This document shows positions 55,263-64,000 of a stretch of DNA of 64,000 nt, in pieces. A program made the position numbers and the translations under genes. Source of the stretch: an uncultured Nitrospiraceae bacterium (GTDB lineage: Bacteria; Hydrogenedentota; Hydrogenedentia; Hydrogenedentales; SLHB01); assembly GCA_964402555.1 (NCBI GenBank), contig CAYOCT010000004.1, forward strand, positions 4,124-68,123. The letters are read 5' to 3'. Below the pieces are notes generated by a model. It made no database searches and was not told the origin of the DNA. It worked only from the letters and a program-made list of their open reading frames with translations. Positions within the stretch are counted from its first letter, which is position 1; every line of letters starts with the position of its first letter.

Positions 55263-56389
55263 TGCGCCGCGCCATGACCCGTATCTGCTACGTAATACCT
55301 TCGCTAAGCATCGGCGGCACCGAACGCCAGCTCGTGTATCTGCTGCGCGGCCTCGCGCCCGATCACGAACTCACCGTGCTGTGCACGCGCCAGGACGGCG
55401 CGCTGGTGGGCGAGGCGCGGCGTTGCGGCGCGCGGGTCGACGTCCTCGGCGCACGCGGCGGATGGGACCTGACGCTTCGATGGAAACTTCGCAACGTCTT
55501 CAAACGGAACCGCCCCGATGTTCTTCACACGTTTCTGTTCGGGTTTGACCTCGCGGCCAACCTCGCGGCGAGCGACGCGGGCGTGCCCGTTGTCATATCG
55601 AGCCGCCGCGAACTTGCCACGTGGCAAAAGCCGAGGCACCTGTTCATGCAGCGCCGCGCGAATCGCCACGTGCACGCGATTGTCGCCAACAGTCACGCTG
55701 TCGCCGACTTTGCGGCGCGGCGCGAAGGAGCGGATCCTGCGCTGTTCCGCGTGATTCCCAACGGCATCCACGCGGACGCCTTCGTCAGCAACGCCGATCC
55801 GCATCAACTGCGCCTGCGCTACCGAATTCCGTTTCACACTCATATCGTCGGCATGGTGGCCAACTTCAGTCCCGTCAAAGACCACGCGTTGTTCGTCGAC
55901 ACTGCGGCGGAACTCCTGCGCCGCCGCGCCGATGTGCATTTCCTGATGGTGGGGACGGGGCCGCTCGTGCGGAACGTCGAACGCGCCATCGAGGCGCGCG
56001 GGATCGCCTCATGCTTCACGCGCGTCAGCACGATGGCCGAGATTGCCGATCTCTACGCATTGATGGACGTGTCCGTGCTCTGCTCGAAGGCCGAAGGGTT
56101 TCCCAATGCCCTGATCGAGTCGATGGCGGCGGGGCGTCCCGTCGCCGCCGCCTCGGTAGGCGGCATTCCCGAACTGGTGCGCGACGGAGAGACCGGCCGG
56201 CTCATCGCGTCCCGCGACCCACGCGCGTTTGCGGTCGCAATCGCGTGGATGCTCGACCATCCCGGCGAGGCCGGCGCCATGGCCGGCAACGCGGCGCGTT
56301 TCGTTCGCGACGAATTCGGCATGGACAAGATGGTGGATAGCTACCGCGCGCTGTACGCCGAACTGCTCGCAACGCGGCGGGGAGCGTAG
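55259..56389 (+). CDS. glycosyltransferase family 4 (group 1)
   Basis: ORF 54797..56389 was trimmed to ATGATG overlapping the upstream stop (MMRRAMTRICYVIPSLSIGGTERQ...). The EX7E-like region SKAEGFPNALIESMAAGRPVAAASVGGIPELV is present. Confidence 0.8.
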   Translation: MMRRAMTRICYVIPSLSIGGTERQLVYLLRGLAPDHELTVLCTRQDGALVGEARRCGARVDVLGARGGWDLTLRWKLRNVFKRNRPDVLHTFLFGFDLAANLAASDAGVPVVISSRRELATWQKPRHLFMQRRANRHVHAIVANSHAVADFAARREGADPALFRVIPNGIHADAFVSNADPHQLRLRYRIPFHTHIVGMVANFSPVKDHALFVDTAAELLRRRADVHFLMVGTGPLVRNVERAIEARGIASCFTRVSTMAEIADLYALMDVSVLCSKAEGFPNALIESMAAGRPVAAASVGGIPELVRDGETGRLIASRDPRAFAVAIAWMLDHPGEAGAMAGNAARFVRDEFGMDKMVDSYRALYAELLATRRGA

Positions 56390-56392
56390 GCC

Positions 56393-58264
56393 ATGTGCGG
56401 CATCTGCGGCATGGTTCGAGGCGGCTCCGGCAAAGACCTCGATCTTGACGTCCTCGCGAGGATGAATGCCGCGCTGATCCACCGAGGACCTGATGACGCC
56501 GGCGAGTGGCACGATCGGCATGCCGCGCTCGCCATGCGCCGCCTCAGCATTCTCGATCTGCCCGGCGGCCATCAGCCCATGGCGAACGAAGACGGTTCGG
56601 TAGTCGTCGTGTTCAACGGTGAGATCTACAACTTCGAGGAACTTCGGGAGTCCCTTGAGAAACAAGGCCATACGTTTCGCACGCGGAGCGACACCGAAGT
56701 CATCGTTCACGCCTACGAACAATACGACGACGCGGCGCTCGACCGACTCAACGGGATGTTCGCATTTGCGCTGTGGGACGCGCGGCGCGAGCGACTGCTG
56801 CTTGCGCGCGATCGGCTTGGCATCAAACCGTTGTTTTACGCGGAGTGGGGGGGAGGGCTGGTCTTCGCGTCCGAACTTGGCGCGCTCATGCGATCGTCGC
56901 TCGTGTCCGATGTGTTGAATCCCGCCGCCGTCGACGCGTATTTCACTTTTCTCTACGTGCCCGCGCCCGATACCATCGTTCGCGGCGTGAAGAAACTCTG
57001 TCCCGGCGAAAAACTCGTCTTCGAGAAAGGGCGGACGAGCGTCGAGCGCTACTGGCGGCTTGCCTTCGAACGCGACGCGTCGTGGACGCTCGATACCGCC
57101 GCCGCGCGTTATCTCGAACTCGCGCGCGACGCGATACGCCTCCAGCGCATCAGCGACGTGCCGCTCGGCGCGTTCTTGAGCGGCGGTATCGACTCGAGCA
57201 CGGTCGTCGGTCTGCTGAGCGAAGCGAGTTCGAGGCCGGTCAAGACCTTCACCATCGGCTTTGACGATCCCCAAGCCGACGAGACGCCCTACGCGCGGAT
57301 CGCCGCCTCTCATTTTCACACAGACCACACCGAGTTGATCGTGAAGCCCGACATGGCATCCGTGCTGCCCCGAATCGCGCAACACTTCGGCGAGTCGTTT
57401 GCGGATTCGTCCGCGTTGCCCATGTGGTTCGTGTCGGAATTGGCGCGCGGTCAAGTGACGGTCGCTCTGTCCGGCGATGGCGGCGACGAGGCGTTCGCCG
57501 GCTACACGTGGCTGCACATGAATCGCAAGGTGGCCGCGTACCGTAGTGTCCCGCGCGCCCTGCGGGCGCTCGTCGATGGGGCGTTGCACATCGCGCCGAT
57601 GTCGCCAGGCATTGCGAAACTGCGGCGATTCAGCCACGATGCGTGGCTCGATCCTCGGTCGAGTTTCCGCAGGCGTGAGACCTGCTTTCTGGATTCCGAA
57701 CGTGCCGCGCTGTACCGGCCCGAGTTTGCCTCGCGCGTTGCGGACGAGGCCCTCGACCGCTTCGAGGAACACGCCGGTCTAGGACCCTCCGACCCGGACG
57801 ATTGGATGTTGCATCAGGACACGGCGATGTACTTGCCGGACGACATCCTGACAAAGGTCGACCGCATGAGCATGGCCCATTCGCTCGAAGCGCGCGTGCC
57901 GTTGCTCGATCACCGGATTGTCGAGTTCGCCGCCACGCTGCCGTTTCACTTGAAATATGAACGCGGCATTTCCAAGCGCGTCGCAAAACACGCCGTACGC
58001 GATCTGCTTCCCCCGGGTCTCATCGCGCAGCGCAAACAAGGGTTCGCGATCCCGGTTCAACGGTGGTTCCGAGAAGGCCTCGCCGGCCTCTTTCACGCGA
58101 CGGTCTTAGCCAACGACGCGCGCTGCGGCGAGTATCTGGACCTGTCCTGTATCCGGTCCCTGCTGGCGAAACATCAGACCGGCAAGGAGCACTACGGCCA
58201 TCACCTGTGGGCGCTGCTCATGTTCGAGCAATGGCTGCGTAGTAGCGACACAGCCGAATTGTGA
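56393..58264 (+). CDS. asnB: asparagine synthase (glutamine-hydrolysing)
   Basis: 623-aa ORF with the MCGICG N-terminal nucleophile and SGGIDSS PP-loop. The 587-aa antisense ORF 56009..57772 is noise. Confidence 0.9.
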   Translation: MCGICGMVRGGSGKDLDLDVLARMNAALIHRGPDDAGEWHDRHAALAMRRLSILDLPGGHQPMANEDGSVVVVFNGEIYNFEELRESLEKQGHTFRTRSDTEVIVHAYEQYDDAALDRLNGMFAFALWDARRERLLLARDRLGIKPLFYAEWGGGLVFASELGALMRSSLVSDVLNPAAVDAYFTFLYVPAPDTIVRGVKKLCPGEKLVFEKGRTSVERYWRLAFERDASWTLDTAAARYLELARDAIRLQRISDVPLGAFLSGGIDSSTVVGLLSEASSRPVKTFTIGFDDPQADETPYARIAASHFHTDHTELIVKPDMASVLPRIAQHFGESFADSSALPMWFVSELARGQVTVALSGDGGDEAFAGYTWLHMNRKVAAYRSVPRALRALVDGALHIAPMSPGIAKLRRFSHDAWLDPRSSFRRRETCFLDSERAALYRPEFASRVADEALDRFEEHAGLGPSDPDDWMLHQDTAMYLPDDILTKVDRMSMAHSLEARVPLLDHRIVEFAATLPFHLKYERGISKRVAKHAVRDLLPPGLIAQRKQGFAIPVQRWFREGLAGLFHATVLANDARCGEYLDLSCIRSLLAKHQTGKEHYGHHLWALLMFEQWLRSSDTAEL

Positions 58265-58270
58265 CCCCGT

Positions 58271-59599
58271 CTATTCGGCGAGATTCAATCCCGCCTGAAG
58301 CCGATCCTTGCCCGCATGGTTGGCGATCTTCGCGCCGCCCCGGAGCCGGCAGCCGATCACGGTCATGCCCTGGACCTCTTTGCCAATATCGATCTGCGGT
58401 TTCTTCGGGTCGAAGAAGTCGCAGTTGCTCATGAGCACGGTTCCGCCTTCGACGCGAACGCACGGTGCGTCTTTATCCGCGTTGCCCCACCCCGCGAAAT
58501 GGCAGGCCGTCAACGTCAGCGTGCCCTGCCCTTGGGCGATAATCTGTTCGTTGGTCTTCTTGATCGGCCAGAAACCGCAGTTGGACAGCTTGACAGGTCC
58601 GCGATTCTCCGGACCGACGATGAAGGTGCCCATGAACTGGCCGTTCTCGAACGCGATGCCCGCGTGCGGCTGCGAGGCGTCGACACGGACCGCGTTCGCG
58701 CAGATGTCCGCGCCGCATTGCGTCAGCACGACATTCGGCACGCCGCGCTCGGTGCGGACAAAGTGAAATCCGATCTTCGGGAAGATGCAGAAACAATCCC
58801 GCATATATTCCCAATCCGTCTGGCCCAGCACGAATCCGGTGAAGTGCTCTTCGAGATACTGCTGGAGTTTCTCCCACGGAGCGCCGCCCGAAGGCGCGTT
58901 GGGAAACGCAGCGCGCGCCCAACTGTGCGGATTGAAATGGACGTTCTCGATGCGGCCGATATCCGTGGTCTTGTCCACGAAGATGCCGGTATTCAAAGGC
59001 TGGCCGAACACGTTGCTGATGTAGTGGAGTTCGTTCGGATACGTCCCGAAATCGATGCCCTTATAGGGATTCACGAGCGTGACGTCGATCACGGCGCCAT
59101 GCATCCCCGTGCCTTGAATGCACCACGGGTAAGGCTGGATATCGTCGATACTCTGTTCGGGATAGAAGATGGTCAGCCCGACTACGGCGCTGCTTTGGTG
59201 AAGCATGATCAGCGGCGGGCCGTCCTCGCTGCCCTTGCCGCCCGTCGCATACAGGATGCTGCCTTTGCCGATATCGGCGTGATGTGGGCTTTCCCAAACA
59301 CCCTTGAGCGTCACGCCCTGCGGGACCGAAAGCGCGCCCGCGATGCGATACGTACCCACGGGCACGAACACCGCGCCGCCCTGCGCGGCTGTTGCATCGA
59401 GCGCCGCCTGGAACGCAGCCGTGTCGTCCGTAGCGCCGTCGCCTTTCGCGCCATGCGCCGCGACCGTCGTAGCGTAGGTCGTGATCACGGGGCGCGGATC
59501 GGCGCTTGGCGGGGGCGGCGCCTCTTGGGCGAAGCCGCATACGCAGAATGACATGAGCAGCACAAACGCGAGCGCAATGCCATGTGGGCGGGTCTTCAT
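58271..59599 (-). CDS. secreted right-handed beta-helix protein (pectate lyase superfamily / GH28-like)
   Basis: ORF 58271..59650 was trimmed to MKTRPHGIALAFVLL (GGGAGAA SD). AHGAKGDGATDDTAAFQAALDA is the hallmark N-terminus of the pectate-lyase-3/GH28-type superfamily. Confidence 0.6.
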   Translation of the reverse strand: MKTRPHGIALAFVLLMSFCVCGFAQEAPPPPSADPRPVITTYATTVAAHGAKGDGATDDTAAFQAALDATAAQGGAVFVPVGTYRIAGALSVPQGVTLKGVWESPHHADIGKGSILYATGGKGSEDGPPLIMLHQSSAVVGLTIFYPEQSIDDIQPYPWCIQGTGMHGAVIDVTLVNPYKGIDFGTYPNELHYISNVFGQPLNTGIFVDKTTDIGRIENVHFNPHSWARAAFPNAPSGGAPWEKLQQYLEEHFTGFVLGQTDWEYMRDCFCIFPKIGFHFVRTERGVPNVVLTQCGADICANAVRVDASQPHAGIAFENGQFMGTFIVGPENRGPVKLSNCGFWPIKKTNEQIIAQGQGTLTLTACHFAGWGNADKDAPCVRVEGGTVLMSNCDFFDPKKPQIDIGKEVQGMTVIGCRLRGGAKIANHAGKDRLQAGLNLAE

Positions 59600-59802
59600 G
59601 GTTCGTTCTCCCTGAGTCTCGGCAGATCCAAAAGGCCAGATCGTTCGCATGCCATCTTATCGACATTTTGAAGAACGAGCAATTTCACTTTGCAACAGCT
59701 CTTAGCGAAACAATGCCAGGCTCATTTCACCAGGCCCTGCCCAGAAACATGAAGCCCCGCCGGTGCGTAACACCGGCGGGGCCATACAGGCTCCTACCCC
59801 AT

Positions 59803-61731
59803 CTACATCATGCGCGTGCCGCGGGCGGAAGGAGCGGCCTTCCTTCCGCTCACGGCCAGGAGCGCGAGGATCGCAGAAGCCAGAAGGATAAGGTCGCCGG
59901 CCATGCCCGTGGTGACCGTCATGTTGAGGCTGCCCCCAACGCACCCGGACGGCACGGCGCTATCTCCAGTCTTTTCGTACGGGGCGAAGACCGACAGCGA
60001 AGTCAGGTCCGCGCTCAGCGTGTCGGATTCGACCGCAAGGTTCTCGACGTGTGTGTCGCTCCACTCGCCATCCTGGGCAATGACCGTCACGCCCGTCGTG
60101 CTATCGCTCTCGACGTACATCGGGTGTTTCTGCAGCGACACGCTGCTGCCCTCGGCGGTCTGGACGCCCTGCATCGTGACCGACACCGGGTTCAATGCGA
60201 TTGTGGACTCGCTGACCTCGCCGAAGGTCACACCATTGTCAGTGGTGGTCAGGACATTGACTTCCACGTAGAACCCGCCGTTGGCGAGCGCATAGTCTTT
60301 CGGTTCCGGCATCAGCAGCGCAGCCTGGTCCGTGCCGAACAGCGTATCGAGATCGGCGGCGACGCTCACGAGGACGATGCCCGTCTCGTTGCCGGCAAGC
60401 ACTTCGCGCGGGACCATCACGGTCGCCGAACGCGATGCATCGCCGGGCAGATCGACAACCATCGTCACAGGCGCGCTCGACGTTTCGTCATCGGAAAGGC
60501 CCTCGAAGCGCATCATGCTTACGGCCTTCTGCTTGCCCGTCTCCGCGACCGTGACCGTGTGCATCCACATGTCGCCTTCGAGCGGCAGCGTGGCGAACGG
60601 ATTGTCTGGGATTCCGTTCCCATTGGCGTCTTCACCGGCGGCTACCGGGGCCAGCGTGAAGACCGATTCCGCGGACACGGTTTCCTCGGTGGTCGTGAAC
60701 TTCGCGACGGCCGCGACGTGATGTTCGCCCCAGCCGAACGAGGCAAGGTCCATGTCGACCGTGACGGCGAACGGGGCGTCGGTGGCCGAACCCACGGGCG
60801 TGCCGTCCACGGCATACTCGACCGACGCGGCGCCCGACGGAGCAACGGCGGTCAAGGTCAGCGGCGCGCTGGAGGCGTTCGAGGAAACGAAGTAGGTCGC
60901 GCGATCCACCGGCGAAGCGATAGCGAGTTCGGAATCGTCATCGGTCTTGAAGAACGTCACCTTGACGATGCGCGTGACCGGATCCGCCGCGTTGCCCGCC
61001 GCATCGCTGACGTTATAGGTGACCTTGTAGGTGCCAGGCCACCAATTGTTGACCGAACTATTGGTAACGATGTTGGCGGTGATGTTGCCGTCCACGTTGT
61101 CGGTCGCGGTCGCGCCGGCATCCGTGTAGGTCGTGCCGATCCTTATCTTCACATTATTGCTGCCGATCAGAGTAATGACGGGCTTCGTTGTGTCCGTGCT
61201 TCCCTTGACAACGACCGTGCGCGCGACCTGCGCGGCGGCATTGCCGGACGTGTCGCTCACGTTAAACGTAACGGTGTACGTGCCCTCGACCGACGTGTTC
61301 ACGGAGTTCGAGGTCACGATCTTCGAAGTGATATCGCCATCGTAATTGTCGGTCGCGGTCGCGCCTGCATCGGTGTAGGACGCGCCCTTGGTTACCGTCA
61401 CGTTCGCGCTGCCGTTCAGCGCAATGACCGGGGCCGTCGTATCGACGACTTTGACCGTGCGGACGACCGGCGCCGCCGTGTTGCCTGACGAATCGCTGAC
61501 CGTATACGTAACCGAATAGGTTCCGACACGCGCCGTGTTTACCGTGTTCGCGGTAACGACGCGTGTCGAGATGTCGCCATCATAGTTATCTTGCGCGGAA
61601 GCCCCCGCATCCACATAGGTCGTGCCGACTTGGACGACCGTCTCGAGCGCGCTGGCGCTGAACGCCATCAACAACCCTACGCCGAGCAAAACCGCCGCTC
61701 CTGTCGTCGAAATCACCGTGTGCTTACTCAT
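59803..61731 (-). CDS. secreted protein with three or more tandem Ig-like (DUF5011-type) repeats and a C-terminal TM anchor plus basic tail
   Basis: 642-aa ORF with a signal peptide. A repeated motif (TYVDAGASAQDNYDGDISTRVV / SYTDAGATATDNYDGDITSKIV / TYTDAGATATDNVDGNITANIV) is present. The C-terminus is GDLILLASAILALLAVSGRKAAPSARGTRMM. The 634-aa antisense ORF is noise. Confidence 0.65.
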   Translation of the reverse strand: MSKHTVISTTGAAVLLGVGLLMAFSASALETVVQVGTTYVDAGASAQDNYDGDISTRVVTANTVNTARVGTYSVTYTVSDSSGNTAAPVVRTVKVVDTTAPVIALNGSANVTVTKGASYTDAGATATDNYDGDITSKIVTSNSVNTSVEGTYTVTFNVSDTSGNAAAQVARTVVVKGSTDTTKPVITLIGSNNVKIRIGTTYTDAGATATDNVDGNITANIVTNSSVNNWWPGTYKVTYNVSDAAGNAADPVTRIVKVTFFKTDDDSELAIASPVDRATYFVSSNASSAPLTLTAVAPSGAASVEYAVDGTPVGSATDAPFAVTVDMDLASFGWGEHHVAAVAKFTTTEETVSAESVFTLAPVAAGEDANGNGIPDNPFATLPLEGDMWMHTVTVAETGKQKAVSMMRFEGLSDDETSSAPVTMVVDLPGDASRSATVMVPREVLAGNETGIVLVSVAADLDTLFGTDQAALLMPEPKDYALANGGFYVEVNVLTTTDNGVTFGEVSESTIALNPVSVTMQGVQTAEGSSVSLQKHPMYVESDSTTGVTVIAQDGEWSDTHVENLAVESDTLSADLTSLSVFAPYEKTGDSAVPSGCVGGSLNMTVTTGMAGDLILLASAILALLAVSGRKAAPSARGTRMM

Positions 61732-62085
61732 AGGCCGCTACCTCATCGCTTGTGTTTCAAGTGTCAGAACCGATGAGGTTGAGCAACCCATATGCCCGGA
61801 GGGAGCGCGCGGACAGGCGGCCTTCTTAACGCATTGTCAGAAAATGCGTTAATGCGGGAAACGCAGTCATGTCAATGGGGGTTGGTCTCTATTCTGGCCC
61901 GTCCGACTGCCGAATTTCTGTCAGCTCGACAAACTGCGAATCAGGCGATTCGTCGCTTCCATCGCTTTGCGCGAAGCGTTTGCGGATGCCGGATTCGCGG
62001 CCAAGAGTTGCGCCATGGTTTGTGATCAGACCATACTGGCGTTCGACTCGAAGCAGCCGCTTCGCAACAGAAGGATGAAGAGACC

Positions 62086-62964
62086 ATGAATCGATCGGAT
62101 GGATGGACCTTGTCGCGCAGAGAAGCCCTCGCCCTGATGGGCGCGGCCGCCGTAGCCACGCAGACCTCGAGCTGGGCAGCCGAAATGGAATCCAAAGCGA
62201 AGGCCGGCATCGCGCTTCAACTGTATACCGTGCGCGACGCCGCGAAGGCGGACCTCGAAGGGACGCTCAAGAAGGCGCGCGAAATCGGATGGGAGTATGT
62301 GCAGTGGAGCGGCATGCCCGATTTGCCCGCGGAGAAGATTCGTGAAGCCCTCGATAAGGCCGGCCTGAAAGCCATCGCCGCGCACACCAGCGTCGAGTCG
62401 TTCGAGAAGGACTTCGACACCGCGGTCGCGTTCTGGAAGACGGTGGGCTGCAAGGATGTCGCGCCGGGCGGCATGATGGACGACTGCCGCAAGACCCTGA
62501 AGGATTGGATTGCCGGATGCAAACGGCTCGATGCCGTCGGCGCCAAACTTCGCGAGGCCGGGATGCGGCTCTCGTATCACAACCACAACATGGAATTCAC
62601 CAAATATCCCGACGACCCGCGCTGCAAGCTCGACATCCTGCTCGACGAAACCAAGCCCGAGAACGTCTGCGCCGAACTCGACCTCGCGTGGGTGCATGTC
62701 GGCGGCGCCGATCCCGCGGCCTACATCCGCAAATGCAAGAACCGCTGCCCCGTCATTCACGCGAAAGACCTTGCGCGAGAGAAAGGCCTCGGCAAGAGCA
62801 TGTTCGCCCCGCTAGGCGAAGGCATCCTGAACTGGCCGGATATCTTCGTGGCCGGCCGCGAATCCGGCATCGAATGGTACGTCTACGAGCAGGACAAGTG
62901 CGATGGCGACGTGTTTGAAGCCGTAAAGATCAGCTACGAGTTCCTTAAGAAGAACGTAGGGTAA
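62086..62964 (+). CDS. sugar phosphate isomerase/epimerase (xylose isomerase-like TIM barrel) with a Tat signal
   Basis: 292-aa ORF with a twin-arginine motif (SRREALALMGAAAVA) and HNHNMEF / ELDLAW blocks. Confidence 0.75.
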   Translation: MNRSDGWTLSRREALALMGAAAVATQTSSWAAEMESKAKAGIALQLYTVRDAAKADLEGTLKKAREIGWEYVQWSGMPDLPAEKIREALDKAGLKAIAAHTSVESFEKDFDTAVAFWKTVGCKDVAPGGMMDDCRKTLKDWIAGCKRLDAVGAKLREAGMRLSYHNHNMEFTKYPDDPRCKLDILLDETKPENVCAELDLAWVHVGGADPAAYIRKCKNRCPVIHAKDLAREKGLGKSMFAPLGEGILNWPDIFVAGRESGIEWYVYEQDKCDGDVFEAVKISYEFLKKNVG

Positions 62965-63109
62965 ATTCCGAGATTGAGGAGCGATCAAAGGCCCAATGTA
63001 GGCGTTGCCCACAATCCGGAACAACGAAACAGCGTCTATCGATAGCTGGTCATTCTCATGAACCGTCGATGAACAGTGACGAACAGCGCCATTGGACTTG
63101 ATTCAAGGC

Positions 63110-63181
63110 ATCTGTGTTTATCGGTGTGCATCGCTGGTTAATCTCTTCTTGAACCACCGATGCACACCGATAAACACAGAT
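63110..63181. repeat. perfect 24-bp inverted repeat (ATCTGTGTTTATCGGTGTGCATCG) with a 24-bp spacer
   Basis: Read directly. It is AT-richer than its surroundings and lies between the isomerase gene and the HAF-repeat gene. Confidence 0.6.
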
Positions 63182-63366
63182 ATAGGAAATTGGGGACATC
63201 CAACTGTTCTTGCCCGCCGGGGCTTAGGAGGGATGGCGCGGTCGGAATACCGCGCCGGGACTCGCGGTTTAGACGATTGCGGTGAGTACGGCGGCTATTT
63301 TGGGGCAGGGCAGTGGGCGGTTCGCACGGGGTGGGAGGTGAACGTATGCGGTACGGGCCTTTGTAG

Positions 63367-64000
63367 ATGTGGCGCTTCGGCGGTTTTCAACTCCTTCTGC
63401 TCTTACTACTTGCGCTCCCGGGATGCCCGAAGCCTCCCCCGAGCAGTTTGACGTACTCGATTATCGTCCTGGATACGCGCTTTGGCGAAGCGGTCGCTCT
63501 CAACAACAACACGGAAATCGTAGGAAAGGTTTTCGAGGGGGACACGTCGCACGCGATGCTGTGGCGGCCTTACGGATCGGAGAAATCTTTGGACCTGGGC
63601 GATCTGGGGGGCGGCGACGCCGAGGCCTTCGACATCAACGATTTCACCGAGGTGACCGGCTCGTCGAATCTGGCCAACGTCACCTATGAATACAACGCGT
63701 TCTTGTGGAAAGCGTCCACCGGCATGGTATCGCTGGGCGGGAGGTTAAGTTCCGGCTACGCCATCAACTACAAGGGGGCGGTGGTGGGCCAGTCGCACGA
63801 TGCGAGCGGGAAGCAATATGCATTTCTGTGGGATGATGTTGATGGCTTCCGCCTCGTGCCCGGCGCGGCGGCCGGGAGTAAAGCGTACGGCATCAACAAC
63901 ACGGGGACGGTGGTGGGGGCTTCCAACACGGAGCTTCTCTATTCCTACGCCGGACAGGCGCGCCGATGGACCGCCGACGGAAAGTCTTTGCTCATTAAGA
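63367..64000 (+). CDS. HAF-repeat family lipoprotein (partial; continues beyond the window end)
   Basis: Frame 1 is open from ATG 63367 to the window end. It gives MWRFGGFQLLLLLLLALPGC (lipobox), then repeated G.S.AYGINN.G.VVG units (KAYGINNTGTVVGAS; SGYAINYKGAVVGQS). It is not in the ORF track, presumably because there is no stop codon. A 6-codon uORF (MRYGPL) with a GGAGGTG SD ends in TAG immediately before this ATG. Confidence 0.5.
   Translation, partial: MWRFGGFQLLLLLLLALPGCPKPPPSSLTYSIIVLDTRFGEAVALNNNTEIVGKVFEGDTSHAMLWRPYGSEKSLDLGDLGGGDAEAFDINDFTEVTGSSNLANVTYEYNAFLWKASTGMVSLGGRLSSGYAINYKGAVVGQSHDASGKQYAFLWDDVDGFRLVPGAAAGSKAYGINNTGTVVGASNTELLYSYAGQARRWTADGKSLLIK

Noticed and set aside
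54797-56389. 530-aa ORF start for the second GT4 gene, and similar long N-terminal extensions (31023 for the UroD gene, 40783 for the isomerase, 43066 and 44644, 36621 for DUF1559, 59650 for the beta-helix protein)
   Set aside because: The extensions overlap upstream genes or lack an RBS. Internal Mets with good SD sequences and canonical family N-termini were chosen instead.
1-64000. Looked for mobile-element hallmarks (transposase, integrase, tRNA-flanked islands, direct-repeat target duplications) and for rRNA and tRNA genes
   Set aside because: No transposase or integrase-like ORF, no cloverleaf candidates and no rRNA-like conserved stretches were recognised. The TA pair and REP-like elements are the only mobile-flavoured signals.

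Overview
GC-rich (~63-65% by eye) bacterial window. Two Planctomycetota-restricted families are present: a DUF1559 prepilin-like H-X9-DG protein and a DUF1501 Tat-exported protein, so a Planctomycetota origin is likely. Most of the window is ordinary chromosome: rpiB(partial)-tsaC-rdgB-rph-ctpA, pspA, nrdDG, ksgA, asnB, a ribulokinase, a cell-envelope glycosyltransferase cluster, and many secreted hydrolase-like proteins. The main candidate for an undescribed system is a tightly packed minus-strand operon at about 15.8-24.7 kb. Four tandem paralogous small peptide genes (49-59 aa) each have their own Shine-Dalgarno site. Three share an MKH[LV]...I[ST] N-terminus and a hydrophobic Pro-containing C-terminal segment. 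Directly downstream on the same strand, and mostly translationally coupled, lie two GNAT acetyltransferases, a CPBP (CAAX-type) intramembrane protease, an ABC-2 exporter ATPase and permease, a SPASM-domain/GNAT fusion protein without a recognisable CxxxCxxC radical-SAM triad, and a methyltransferase-like/CgeB-like fusion. This is the architecture of a RiPP or bacteriocin-like precursor, modification, export and immunity locus. Other points of note are a family of three related REP/MITE-like imperfect palindromes sharing a GTCATTGCGAG...CGAAGCAATC core, several other long palindromes and short tandem repeats in intergenic DNA, an unannotated 33-aa Lys/Ala-rich histone-H1-like ORF behind a ~900 bp low-complexity noncoding region, an orphan HicB-like gene with its own sigma70-like promoter, a Phd/RelE toxin-antitoxin pair, candidate NrdR boxes upstream of nrdDG, an AAA+ ATPase with an unusual N-terminal half coupled to a secreted protein, and proteins with PEP-CTERM-like C-terminal tails plus an HAF-repeat lipoprotein at the window end. 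No rRNA, tRNA, CRISPR array, transposase or integrase was seen.
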